This document shows, piece by piece, positions 39,466 through 51,612 of a stretch of DNA of 56,685 nucleotides. How positions within the stretch are numbered: the stretch's first letter is position 1; each line of letters starts with the position of its first letter. Origin of the DNA: Catajapyx aquilonaris (Eukaryota); the NCBI GenBank assembly GCA_000934665.2, contig KZ538646.1:1-56685 (forward strand), in the 5' to 3' direction. A program made the translations under genes and the position numbers. Under the pieces are notes generated by a model. It saw nothing but the letters and a program-made list of their open reading frames with translations, searched no databases and was not told the origin of the DNA.

Positions 39466-39808
39466 TAGTATGGCTAACGGCTGTCAGCATATTCCTTGGG
39501 TCAAAACAAGTCAAAAATTTAAGGGGAGAAATGTCGGGGGACCAACCGTTAACAAGGTAGACGACCAGAAACATTGGCTGGTGGTTGCCAAAGTTGCAGG
39601 ATATGAGCATGATAAGCATGACTGTTGGTATTTGCAAGGTCACCTCTTTCACAGAAGTGATTATCACCGCTCATATCCTGCTCCTTCGGCAACCACCGGT
39701 CAATCTTTCTTGTCATCTACCTCGTTAACGGTTGGTCCCTCGACATTTCTCCCCACTACATTTTCGACTTGTTCTGGCCCAAGGAATAAGCTGACGGCCG
39801 TCATCCTA
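39466..39808. mobile_element. Palindromic MITE, superfamily unassigned
   Basis: Imperfect inverted arms of about 150 bp (ggggagaaatgtcgggggaccaaccgttaac versus gttaacggttggtccctcgacatttctcccc). Confidence 0.7.
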
Positions 39809-39873
39809 GTAAGAAACATCTTGTATAAAATTCAAAACAGCCTGAGGTGAAGGCAAAATAGAAGAAAACTTAC

Positions 39874-40052
39874 AGCTTCTTGGCTATGATCTTGTTGGAA
39901 CCATCTTTGATGTCTTCATTTGGGAGGTCCCGCCAGTCTGATCCTGGTGATGTTGGAATGCGTTCTATGCGGGCCTGAATGAGAGCTCCCACTTTCTTGC
40001 ACACATGATCAGTTAGCACTCCCGAAGATCTCTTCCCATCTGCCTGTCGCAT
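39874..40052 (-). CDS. DNMT1: DNMT1-family exon, TRD
   Basis: ttacag|ATG and CT|gtaagt; LTDHVCK...ARIERIPTSPGSDWRDLPN. Confidence 0.93.
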
Positions 40053-40588
40053 CTGTAAAAAATCATCATGCGAGGATCTCCAAGTTACCTAGATGACTTT
40101 TCATACTGGTCCTGAAGTTTACTTCATTACCATTCTGTAGCAGCTCTCCTGATTATTATCAATCTGATTCTATATTTTGGCATGAGCTACTTCTTTCTGA
40201 AGTTATTCCATCTGCTCCTAAAGCCCCATCCTTTCTGTGTCCCATGACCAATATACAGGGTGATCGAGTAAGAATGCGTACATTTTAAAATCATATAACT
40301 TGAAAACTTGTACATGTACACCCCCTGCCCCCCCCCCCTCATTAATTTCAATACACCAACTTAATAATAATAACAATNNNNNNNNNNNNNNNNNNNNNNN
40401 NNNNNNNNNNNNNNNNNNNNNNNNNNNNNNNNNNNNNNNNNNNNNNNNNNNNNNNNNNNNNNNNNNNNNNNNNNNNNNNNNNNNNCGTGGGGCATATTAC
40501 ATCAGGGGGGGGGGGGGAGGTCTCACATAACAATAACAATATCGCAAGACTTTAGTGATCTCACCAACGCACAAAAACCAAACAAATA

Positions 40589-41130
40589 CCGTATTACCTC
40601 TCATATTGCGGCACGCCGGTATAAAATGAGGCCGACCAGCATGCCGGTATCACCCGGGGGTGGCCGGCATGCCGCAATAACCGAGGTAGATTTTTTTATT
40701 TTGATCCTTGCCAAATTTTTTGGAATGCTTCTGGTACCATACTAAAATAATGTTGCAATGAAAATGGGCAAGTGTATAGGCTGTGAGAATATGTCAGTTC
40801 TGTTGCACAGTGCATTAAAAAATTGTAGAGTGTATGACCAGTCCCATTGTCAGCCTTCTTTGACAGGGGAACCCCCTGCTCTAACATACCATACTGTTTA
40901 AATAGAGATTATTGCCAAACACTGCAATTGAAAACAATATATGGTACAGGTACCCTACTTGGAAAATGTTCCTTTTCGATGGCCTTTACGTGAATTTCGA
41001 TTTTCAGGCAAATGTGAAGTTCAGAAAGGATCATATAACTTATGAGAAAACCTCGTCAGCAGATAGTGCATTTCTAAAAACTGGTCGACCTCGCCTACAC
41101 CGGCATGCCGCAATATGAGAGGTAATACGG
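40589..41130. mobile_element. Tc1/mariner (pogo/Tc2-like) MITE
   Basis: TA TSD; TIR ccgtattacctctcatattgcggca. Confidence 0.85.
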
Positions 41131-41453
41131 TACAAGTTGGTTGTAAAAAAAGGAAGCTTGGAAATCAAGACAAAATATACCCGATCAGGAGGGGATTTCA
41201 GAAATTGAAATAAATATTTCTTCCTACGTGCATCCCCAAAAGGACAATCATATATCAAGTGAAACAAATCTAAGTTGTGGGGGATGTTACATAGGGAGCA
41301 ATATATTATTGTCATTATTTAACGGAAATTTGTAGCCATTTATGCATAAATTCGTTGAACAATGTGGTCCTAGCCTACATTTTGCAAACCCACGAAAAAA
41401 ATCATCATAATTTTTAAATGAATTCTGGTGTTTTTTGTTTACAGAAATAAATA

Positions 41454-42028
41454 CAGTAAAACTTCTATAAGTCGAACTTCCCTAAGTCAAAGTTCTCTGT
41501 AAGTCGAATAAAATGATGAGCTTGGTTGGTCACAATGTAAAATAATAGAAAATAAACTTCCCTAACTCGTATTTCTATAACTCAAAGTTCTCCATAACTC
41601 GAAGTGCAGGCAGGGCCTTCCGATGGGATATCATTCATATCAATGCATTTTCAGTCTCCCTAAGTCGAAATTCATGTTGGCGAGTACGGAAAATTTTCTA
41701 CTTTCCCAGCAGAAGGGTCGAGAGTAGGCAACATGCACAGAAAGGCTCAATTTCCTGATCTCTGTCTACCAGACATACCAAAAGAAGTGTTTGTCTCTAT
41801 TGTGACAATTGAATCCTTGAATCTAAGAGTAGGCAAATGTCCATAATGGAGATTTTTTTTTACAACAAAACAGGGAGGAACATTGTAAGTGTGATGGTGA
41901 CAGTTATTTTTAAGTTCTGAACCTCTTTTGTCTCTGGATATAAAAGTAGGCTTCCTTAAAGAGTTATGTGCTTTAACAAAGCCAAACTTCTCTAACTCGA
42001 ATCTTCTATAACTGGAAGTTTTTTCGAA
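41454..42028. mobile_element. Tigger-like non-autonomous element, right end interrupted
   Basis: TA|cagtaaaacttctataagtcgaa, with repeated ataa(g/c)tcgaa subterminal motifs. Confidence 0.55.
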
Positions 42029-42030
42029 GT

Positions 42031-42905
42031 GAGAGATGGCGGCACTTGATGAGCTTCTTAGGTCAGGAGTTATGCGGTGTTGCCAACCTGGTCCTGGACC
42101 TATAGCGTTTTGAACCATTTTTAACTTTGCATTTTGAGATTTTGGCAAGCATGTTCCCCAGGCCTAGAGGTTCCATTTGAGAGTTGGCGGCACCTGATCT
42201 GCCCCTTAGGTCACGAGTTATGCGGTTATGCTTAGGTTCCGGACCAGGTTGGCAACACCGCATAACTCCTGACCAAGGTGGATGTAATTCGGTGGCTCCT
42301 CTAGGGGCTGGGTTGGGATGCCCGTCAGCAAGGCAAAAGCGGGTTCAAATTTTCTCAGCCTGGACCTAAGGTCGACGCAAGTGCGCTCTGGCGGAGGCCC
42401 ACGCGTTGATAAATATGTTCACTTCTCTACTTTCAGTCTATGGTTCTAGGCCTGGTCAAGCGTCTGTGGTCTCAAAGATTAGAGATTAGAAGAGAGCCTA
42501 TTCACTTTTTTTTTGGTGGTCGCCCTAATGTCGATCGTCGCGCGCTCTGTCGGCAGATTTCTAAGCTGATTTCCCCTTCGAGAGAGGCGTCACGAATAAG
42601 CAGCTATTTTGGCCCAAGTGGAGGCACCGCTGTTCCCTGCACCGTGCTCCTGACCTAAGGAGCCGATCAAGTGCCGCCATCTCTCAAACGACTCCTACAG
42701 ACCTTGGGAACATATGTGCCAAGCGGTACCTTCTTATCACAAAATGCAACGTTAAAAACGCTCAGGTCATCCCCGGCCATGTTGGCAACACCGCATAACT
42801 CGTGACCTAAGGGGCCGATCAGTTGCCTGCCACTCTGGAATTGCTCCTGTAAGCCTAAGGAACATATGTGCCAAGTGGCACCTTCTTATCACAAAGTGCA
42901 AGGTT
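42031..42905. repeat. About 150-bp unit repeat in both orientations
   Basis: Unit core ggtcaggagttatgcggtgttgccaacc forward at about 42061 and 42209, and reverse at about 42245 and 42780; a partial reverse copy (ctcctgacctaagg) at about 42647. Confidence 0.7.
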
Positions 42906-43422
42906 AGGCCTGATTTTTGTGCTTAGGGCCCGGACTATTAGGACCCCATTGCGTTATTAACCGTTTTATGAATACTATCCATGCATTTAACCCTGCATTT
43001 GACTCGAAACAAGTCCTAGTCTGATTATCCGAAAACATCATATCAAATATCGATCCAGAGCTTGTTTTAATCCACATCAGGATATGTGTGAGTTGTGCTC
43101 CTATATCTTCATTCTGATTTTTTATTTTAAAAAGAATGCGGAAAGGTGTCATTTTTTTGACTGCTAGTTGCCAACATATTTAACGCTAATAAGATGGGCG
43201 TGTTTTTGGCGATTTTGCACAGCTCAGAAAACAAATGCCTGTTTCAAGTATTGCCGCTTCCACACCCTGGAATAGACTTTTTAGGAACAAGGAAGCTCCC
43301 ATCCAGAGTTCAGACTCCGCCTCCCTCCCATCGGTTAATCCCCCGCCCGCAAGATGGCCGCATGAGTCCGGGTTGTGGCAATTGAGCCTATAACCCAACA
43401 TGATTTATTTATTTTTAAACCC

Positions 43423-43423
<1 letters not shown>

Positions 43424-43487
<64 letters not shown>
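43424..43487. repeat. (TAA)n microsatellite, probably the displaced tail of the SINE at 45161-45495
   Basis: Directly visible; abuts the Tc1 left TIR. Confidence 0.9.
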
Positions 43488-43490
<3 letters not shown>

Positions 43491-45158
43491 GCCCAACACC
43501 AGTGAAGTTCGCCTAGCACGAAAATCACCTGCATGCCGATGTTACAAATACGAATTACTTGAGAATGAATCATGTTTTAATCGCACAACTTATAAGCTAA
43601 TGAGCCTCGTGGAAGAGCAGTATTGGGGCGAGATATCAATGCATTTGTCAGTGAAGAAGAATAGGACAGTATTTATTTAGCATGCCAGGGGCAATGGAGT
43701 TCGCCCAGAGCGCTAAACGCGCAACAAAGTTCGCCTAGAAGCAGGTGGCATCGCCATGGGCAGCAATGACGGCCTCCACACAACACGACATGTGTTGAAT
43801 GAGCTCTGGCACTCGGCTGGAGTGATGGTGTCCCAAACCTCCCGTCCTTTGGTCCTCAAGGGATGCCTTGGTACAAAGATGATTCCTCTAAAGAACCTTC
43901 ATGATTTTCCAGTCTGTCTCAATCGGATTGAGGTCCAGGCTGCTGGGTGGCCACGTAAAATGTCAATCCCCTTGTCTGCCACCACTTGCTTCCGCTGTTT
44001 TGGTAACATGCAAAGTCCTGTTGAAATATTGCGTTGATATTCGGATGTAAGGTTGCTGCTGAGGGTGCACACAGCGGATGGTCTCTCAAAATCTCCTGAA
44101 ACATGCTTGTATCGATGGTGCCATTGATGCCGGGAAAGTTACCAAGGCCAAGGCCCCCATGCATCCCCCACACCATAATGCTGTGTGCATGTTTGACGGT
44201 TCTAGTGAGACATTGGGATGGTACGCCTCTTCTTTGTTTGCAGTACTCGATTAGTCGATTATGGATGTCCCTATACTGACTAATGCATCGTGAAACATGA
44301 CTAATACCACATCTGATGTGCCCAATGCTTCCGTCCCTTCTCCCAAGCAAGTCTTTTTCCTGTTCCAGTGCCTTTAAGGGTGGTTTCTTCTTGGCCTATT
44401 GTCAAGAGGGCAGGTCCTGATTTCATGAATTCCCCGTTAGTCTTTGAGAAGTTGCACATAAAAGTTCAACTTCATGTCATGGATGCAGAGTCGACAGGTT
44501 GTTGTGTGGACCACCTTTTGGGTCTCATCTGACCATTTTGAAATGGATGGTCGCTGCTCCTTTTGCCGATATTGCGACACATTTTTCTCATCTCTCCTTG
44601 CTGCTGTTGCCTGGTGACGTCCATAAGAAGGTTTTTCTGAATGATTCTTGTAGTTTTGTTACTTCATGCGATGCCCCTAGCCATTGAGCATGGCACATGC
44701 CCTTCTTGAGCAACCACATAAGCAGACTTTCCTTCTTCAGAGCTCTTCCATTTCACCTTGTGTACCTCTGGAGGAATGGGCTTACCACCTCCTGTGATTG
44801 TTACTTTCAGACACGGAGTGCAATGAGTAATGGCATTGTGGCGCAAGGCAAGAGACCTGCATTTTTTTTTTTTCATCTGGCACAACCGTAAAAGTCTGTA
44901 TTTAACAGTGGGCGAACTTTGTGGCGCGTTTAGCGCTCTGGGCGAACTCCATTGCCCCTGGCACGCTAAATAAATACTGTCCTATTCTTCTTCACTGACA
45001 AATGCATTGATATCTCGCCCCAATACTGCTCTTCCACGAGGCTCATTAGCTTATAAGTTGTGCGATTAAAACATGATTCATTCTCAAGTAATTCGTATTT
45101 GTAACATCGAAATGCAGGTGATTTTCGTGCTAGGCGAACTTCACTGGTGTTGGGCAAG
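43488..45158 (-). mobile_element. Full-length Tc1-family DNA transposon with 248-bp IR/DR TIRs
   Basis: TA flanks; near-identical TIRs at 43488-43735 and 44911-45158, each with three agttcgcc repeats; 1671 bp long. Confidence 0.92.
43750..44684 (-). pseudogene. Disrupted Tc1 transposase
   Basis: Fragments TVKHAHSIMVWG, IFQQD and WPPSSLDLNPIE in different frames, with stops; boundaries approximate. Confidence 0.85.
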
Positions 45159-45160
45159 TA

Positions 45161-45495
45161 ATAGGTTGGGTAATGCTTTCACCCATGAGGGTTTATCGCA
45201 TGGACCTTTATTATTAGCTGTTGGTGTATACATAGTACATGGTACCTATTCAGCGTATCGCCCGGGCCCACGGGCAGGATGACGGGGGGATGTGCAAGGT
45301 GCAGTGCATCTGACATGGTGGTCATTTTGTGAACTCCCCCGGGTGGTTTGTCGTAACGGAATTACCACCCGAGAAGAAGCCAGAGATGACCCCGAACTCT
45401 GCACGAGATGAAGGGGGTGTCCCTGGGCTGGGATCAAACCCAGGACCCTAACATCCGTTGGCGCGTGCGTTACCGCAGCACCACTCCGTCTCCCC
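45161..45495 (-). mobile_element. tRNA-derived SINE family B, tail type as at 39010
   Basis: Reverse complement aligns with the 39010 copy over head, core and tail. Confidence 0.85.
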
Positions 45496-45520
45496 TCTAA
45501 AAGTAATATTTAGCACTTGT

Positions 45521-45765
45521 AGGAAGGCGAAGTGGCGCTGTGGTAACTTATGCACCCACAGATGTTAAGGTCCCAGGATCGATCCCAGCCCGGGGACACC
45601 CCCTTCATCTCGTGCAGAGTTAGGCCATCTCTGGCTTCGTGTCGGGTGGGACTCCATAGACTAACCACCCGGGGGAGTTCACAAAATGATCAATCTGACA
45701 CATTGCACTTGCACTCTGCACATCCCCTCCTAGACACCCTCCCTTGGACCAGAGCGCTTCGCCAA
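45521..45765 (+). mobile_element. tRNA-derived SINE family B, 3'-truncated
   Basis: Head and core match the other family B copies; lies head-to-head with the 45161-45495 copy. Confidence 0.8.
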
Positions 45766-45962
45766 AGGTTCCCCCCAAAAGGGCCAAAGATGGCCCAGCA
45801 CAGGGTAATTTTTTTAAAAAACACACCCACCCACTAATTTTTGGGTGGAATCTATTAAGGAGGTTTGGGGGCAACTATGTATGCCAGAAATTTGCCAGCC
45901 AAGGTAGGGTGGCCAATTCCAAATCTCCGAAAAGGACACAGCTGCCATGAATATAGGATATA

Positions 45963-46912
45963 CAGGGTTGGGCAAAATGTATGGCCTTATTTGAATCACG
46001 TGGTACTATGATGCTGTTTGAGCATGCAGGGGATATTGTCATGTGCTGGAGTGGGGAAGGTTTGCCATTTGCAAAAATTGTGTCGTGGTCGCCAGAGCAC
46101 TGTGCATTCTTTGTGGAGACTTATTTTAAAATTAACGAGTTCCCCATAGCTCTACGAAGGATATTTCTTACCCATTTTGAACTGGGATATCAGGACGAAG
46201 TTATCAACCACCAGACAAACATAAGGTGGGTGAAGCAATTCCTGAACACATCATCATGCCTGGACCAGAATAGCACTGTCCAACGGAGTCCTTGGACAGT
46301 GCTATTCTAGGACACAACGGACCCCCACCCAAAGGGTATTCAACACACAACTCCGAATTCCTGGGCTATTGGCCGTTCCAAGCGCCCAAAAGGTTCTTCG
46401 GGCCACTTTGTCCCTTGCTTTCAATTGTTGCACAGCTTGATCTTGTAAGGATATAAGTGCAGGACATCATGGATGATGTAGCACAGGGAGTGTGCCAACA
46501 TTCATAGTGCCAAGGCGTGCCTAACTGCTGATCACTAAGGACTTCGGAGGAGCGCATTGTGGACATCTTGGGAGGGTCGGCTATGTCCTTGGATGTCCAG
46601 TGTTTTTTTTTTTGTTTCTGATGCTGTGTCCCGGAACTGCTTCACCCCCCTTATGATTGCCTGATGGTCGGGGACTTGGTTCTGACGTCCCAGCCCAAAA
46701 TGGTGAAGAAAGATCCTTCGCACAGCTCTGGTGGAGTCATTATTTTTAAAATAAATCTCCATGATGACTGCACGGTGCTTTGCAGACCAAGACACCATTT
46801 TTGCAAATGGCAAACCTTCCTTACTCCAGCACATGCCCATATCCCTTGCATGCTCAAACAGCACCACCGTACCACGTGATTCAAATCAGGCCATACATTT
46901 TGCCCAACCCTG
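45963..46912. mobile_element. Mariner-like (maT/rosa-type) non-autonomous element built from two inverted left ends
   Basis: TA|cagggttgggcaaaatgtatggcc at both ends; both arms encode a transposase N-terminus ((M/I)VSWS.xH.A...E.YFK.N...F..HF.LG); LHLYPYKIKL remnant in the right arm. Confidence 0.8.
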
Positions 46913-47191
46913 TATATGTACAACATACGGTAGCATTTATATTCAATATGCATTTTTACTTCATGATAACCGAAACACCCAAATTACCAAATTATTGTAT
47001 TTAACACACTAATGGCGGGTTACACCGGTCCTGAAAAGATCTTTCCGGCGGGAAAGTGGAACAAATCCAGCCGAATAGTTCGAAAAGTGTTGCACCACCA
47101 CCTGAATTCTGTTTCCAGCCTCTTTTTCCATCGAATACTTTTACCCCACCCCGAACGAGCTGTAATACTAATTACTGAAGTCTTCATCATA

Positions 47192-47389
47192 CAGGGTGTT
47201 TCCAAGCTATCTTTATAAACTGCTAGGGTGTGTTGGGGAGGCAGAGAAGTTTTGACTGGAGCACACCCATCCCTTGTCTGAACTCCCTCTAGATGGCGTT
47301 TCCAACCATGGGTGCAGTGGTCAAAACTGATTATCTCTGCCTCCCCTACACGCCCTAGCAGTTTGTAAAGATAGCTCGGAAACACCCTG
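47192..47389. mobile_element. Tc1/mariner MITE
   Basis: TA TSD; TIR cagggtgtttcc(a/g)agctatcttta. Confidence 0.85.
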
Positions 47390-48493
47390 TATAAATTTAA
47401 CCTAAATCAAACATGTTTTGTGGTGAATTTACGTACATAAAAAGCCATAGAAAATATCCATGTACTATTACTTAAGAGAATTTATTTATTAACTGACGCT
47501 ATAAAGAAAAATCCACGGTTCCAGGGTTCACAGGGATGTTTTTGGCCTCCCGTACGTATCAGTTAAATACGTCAGCAAAATGACACCTTTCTGCATTCTT
47601 TTCAGGATACAAAATCACAGAGTGAAGATAGGAAAACAACTCGCACATATTCTGACTTGGATTAAAACAAGCTTTCTAATGATATAAGAGGTGATGCTTT
47701 CGGATCATCAGCCGAACAGTTGTTTCAAGTCAAACACAGGGTTAAATGGATAGTATTCAGGTGGTGTATTGAAATTAATGAGTCCGGGTGTACCTAAATG
47801 ATTTTAAGTTTTGAAATGCTAATAAATGTCTTAAGTTTTGGTCTTCCCATAATTTGTTTCGATAGGAGCTCCATTTCTCACTCGGCAAAATGTAAATATG
47901 GTTATCGGTGTCATGCCTAACCCGCTCAGACATGTCTGGCGTTACCGTTGCAACTTTTTCATTTGAATCAAGAACAATGTGTGGCATAAAGATCCGAGAT
48001 ATCCAGTATCTACACTCCTACAGGATAGGATTGCAATGGTAACTCCAGATATTACTCACGTGGGTTGGGCATGAGACCAAAAACTGTCATTTTTTAATCT
48101 GCCGAGAGACAATCGAAGATCATTTCGGAAACGAACTAAGGTGAGAGGTCTTTACACATTTCTTAGCATTTCAAAACCTAAATCATTTACATTATTTGTC
48201 TACAGGTTTTCGAGTTATTGGGTTTCAAAATCGGATTTTTTTTTTCCCTGATCACCTTGTATTGGATTTGTCACTACTTTCACTTTCATGCGCAAAGGTG
48301 CCAAGTCTATGACTAGCTTCTGCTGTTAAGCCACCTGTTATTTAGGTCAAAAAGGTTTGGAACAATTCAGTAGAAAACGTATAGTTCATCCCCCACGGTA
48401 AAAGTGAACCATCTTCTGGCAGTTTTTGATCCATCAACTCTTGACAATCCACTCAATATCCCAAATCCCAACCCATACTGTTTGAAGTATATA

Positions 48494-48698
48494 CAGGGTG
48501 TTTCAACTTTTTTGTCTGAACAGTTATCAGAAATATTGCACTAAGCTGCTACTTTGTGAGCAGTGTATGCCACTTCAAGATTCGCAGGAAATATTACCCA
48601 TTCCTCCGACAAACCGGTTGCAAGCCACTGCTTACCAAGTAGCAGCTTATAGTGCAATATTTCCGATAACTGTTCGACAAAAAAGTTGAAACACCCTG
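48494..48698. mobile_element. Tc1/mariner MITE
   Basis: TA TSD; TIR of about 60 bp starting cagggtgtttcaacttttttgtc. Confidence 0.85.
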
Positions 48699-48728
48699 TA
48701 TATTATAGTAGTAGTGACTACTGATAAT

Positions 48729-48949
48729 GAGTGCGTTTACATGGGACTAAAAATCAGCTTAGCTACGGCCGCCTATGCTAGGCGAACCAGTTTACTCCCA
48801 TGTAGCCGATGGGCCTACGATAGACCGGCCTTATCTGAGCCGTTGTCGGGCGCACCCCAAGCCTTTTGGATCGGGTGGTCTACCTAAGGCGATGGCCTTG
48901 CTTAGGAAGCCTGGGTCAGGCCGATTTTTAGTCCCATGTAAACGTACTC
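48729..48949. mobile_element. Harbinger-like MITE
   Basis: 3-bp AAT TSD; TIR gagt(g/a)cgtttacatgggactaaaaatc. Confidence 0.78.
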
Positions 48950-49190
48950 AATGTTGCACTGCATAACTTTGCACATGTGTATTTTTCATGGGAATTCCAT
49001 TCATATGGGAAAAAATCATGGGAATTTCAAGATCTACATCATTCAGCAGTGTATATTCATATTGGAGCAGTGATATCGATACCATGATATTTTCCCCCTA
49101 GATTGGAAAATAAGTAAGTACCTGCTGCAGCAGTCATTTCCAAAAGAACTAGACTAATACTACATCAAACTGCTAGGGCTACTGACATAC

Positions 49191-49334
49191 CAGTCTCTGA
49201 ACGTGGGATTGTGGCTCGCCACCATATGATAGCTTTTCTTCTTGAGCCCCTTGCTTTATGGCAGGCAGGTCACCCACACTATCACAAACAGTCAGACTCC
49301 GAAGGGGTGCTGACTTCCTGTCGAAAGTCTTGAA
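49191..49334 (-). CDS. DNMT1: DNMT1-family exon, TRD
   Basis: gggcag|TTC and CTG|gtatgt; SAPLRSLTVCDSVGDLP...SYGGEPQSHVQRL. Confidence 0.92.
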
Positions 49335-50203
49335 CTGCCCAAAAAGAGATATATATATATATACATACACACACTTATTATAGTCACAAACAATATGCGT
49401 AAACACTGTACTCCCAATTATCCGGGCTAATGACTCCACGGGTGTTGCCGGATAATCGGAAAACACGGATAGCAATCTGAAAATGTTCCTAGACACCATA
49501 AAAGTGACGCTGCTTTACATAAGGTTTAATCAACTTAATGAAACTTTGTTCAATAATGTCAAATCAAGATAATAATACAATGTACTCCCAATTATTCGGG
49601 TGCGGTTAATCTGTGTTGCGGATTTTTTTCAATTGTGGAGTCAGCCAGTGCCTCGAATGCAATGCGCTTTTCAGCGGCAACAATTAACCTAGCTCCTCAC
49701 ATAATTAAAACACCATATCTTTAGGCGTCAGGCAACCCTACATAAAGCATCTAGCCTGTCCCACATTATCCGGTTCCTACAGAAATGGGCCTTCACTAGT
49801 TCATCCGCAACCAGGACATGAACTGCTGCCATCCCTGTCCCCACGAAATCAGTCATGTTGAGCTGGCTAACAAGTTGTGGCAACCCCCGAGCTGGTCGCA
49901 GGTAGCAGGAGGGTGGCTAGCAAACTACCTGGCTGCATCTTGCTACGTGACTTTGAAAATGGGAAAGCTAGCAAAAGTTTTTTTTTATATTTTTACATCA
50001 CACTTCCCCTTGCCCCATCCCAGCTTACTAGGACATTGAAAATATGGCCCTGAATTCTTTGTGCTAGGTCATAGAGCTGATCTTTGTTCCCAGCCATGAA
50101 TGGGTCACACCATACCAGAGCCTATACCTGAGTGAGGCAGTTGGAAATGAGACACAAAGGTGTCCAAGTTGTGGTGCAGCAAGTTTTAAGAGGCACTCCC
50201 TTA

Positions 50204-50702
50204 AGGCTGTTTTACGAATTTGCTTTTCGCGTTATAAAGTAACTTCATCCCGCAAACTGCCAGTCGTTGCTGCATATGGGTGGGCAGCAAAAAGCCGCTT
50301 CCTGCCGTGTGTCAATTTACGAAAAGGTTGCCGCTCGCAGCAAAGTATGAGAAGGAGAGGGTCGGGTACGTGCGCTAGGCCAACCTGGGGTCAGGCGGGC
50401 TCCGGGAGGGCTCCGGGGCGGTTAGCCAGGTGAGGGCAGTGTCCTGGACCACATAAGGGACAAAGGCGGACAGGATGGGGGCAAAAGGACAGGACATTAG
50501 CGGCCATGCGGACTGGAAAAATCAGGGGGGAAAGAAGCGCGCGGNNNNNNNNNNGGGGGGGGGGCCGCGAAAGCACAATTTGAAGCCAGCAGCTCGCTCT
50601 TCCGACAGCAAAACGCGGCTGTGTGGTGCGTTGTCTTTTGATAAATTGGTCTGCCGCATGAAGTCACTTTATAATGCGAAAAGCGAATTCGTAAAACAGC
50701 CT
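50204..50702. mobile_element. PIF/Harbinger MITE
   Basis: TTA TSD; TIR aggctgttttacgaatt.gcttttcgc.ttataaagt; GC-rich interior with a short N gap. Confidence 0.8.
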
Positions 50703-51288
50703 TTACACTTGCCCAAAAGGTCAAAATCATTCTTTTTCTGGTACATTTCAATCCGGATATAACCGCCTCAGCCATAACATACTCGAAAGGCCAGTCCCGT
50801 CATACTTCCATATATGGCGCGTGTATTCGGCTATAACAAACTGTGGTTATAACAGACTGATGTCCGCGGTCCCTTGAAGTCTGCTATATCCAGATTCAAC
50901 TGTAATTATATTTAGCACCAAGGAGACAGTACAATACAATAATTACAGATTTTTTGGGTCCTGCATAATTCATGGGTGAGCTCATTTGCATTTTTGTGGA
51001 TAGTTTCATTAATCTGTATGCAGTAGTGTGCATTATAGATATATGGCAGAGAAGATTTTGTGTATTTCTTGAGAATGTGGTGATTTGGCTACAACAGACC
51101 TTGGTTATAACAGACTTTTTCCCATGATCCCTAGAAGTCTGTTGTATATGGAGTGAACTGTACAAAAATACACTGCACAAGCAATTACTGACTGCACCTA
51201 TAGCAGTGCGTAAAATGCTTGCCTCTTACCATCTACTCACAATGTAAATCTATTAAAATGTCTAAATCACAGGCAATGACCTGAATAC

Positions 51289-51394
51289 CTGTTGAGATTC
51301 AATGTTGATTCCTATTTGCTCAGCACTGAAGCAGTGCTTCGGCTCAGGAAAGGCTGGCAAGATTTCACCAGGTGCTGCAGCCACAATGATTGCC
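51289..51394 (-). CDS. DNMT1: DNMT1-family exon, start of target recognition domain (TRD)
   Basis: ttctag|G and CAG|gtattc; AIIVAAAPGEILPAFPEPKHCFS (canonical AIILAAAPGEKLPxFPEPLHVF). Confidence 0.92.
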
Positions 51395-51612
51395 CTAGAA
51401 AATAAGCCCCAATGAATGTCTTGCTATTCTGAATTAACCAAAACACTACTCATAAAGAACAGTTCCTTTCAATAATTCATGCAATTCAAAAGGTCCACCA
51501 CCAGTTAAAATGATAAATATTGGAGGATATTGTTTTTCATTAATATTACTCCTACTTTAAAAAAAATTTCAGATATAAAACGGCCCAAAAAACTCAGTCG
51601 TCAAAGGAATTA

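Noticed and set aside
39038..39850. Longest ORF in the track (270 aa)
   Set aside because: It reads through a SINE, its (ATT)n tail (the poly-Ile run) and a palindromic MITE, antisense within a DNMT1 intron; no protein-like features.
40378..40485. N gap near C/G homopolymers (a similar gap is at 24572-24702)
   Set aside because: Assembly gaps. The DNMT1 exons on either side of the 40378 gap join in frame with no missing conserved segment, so no hidden exon is needed.
43489..45157. Two near-identical 63-aa ORFs on opposite strands (43489+ and 45157-)
   Set aside because: They are translations of the two Tc1 TIRs, with non-ATG starts.
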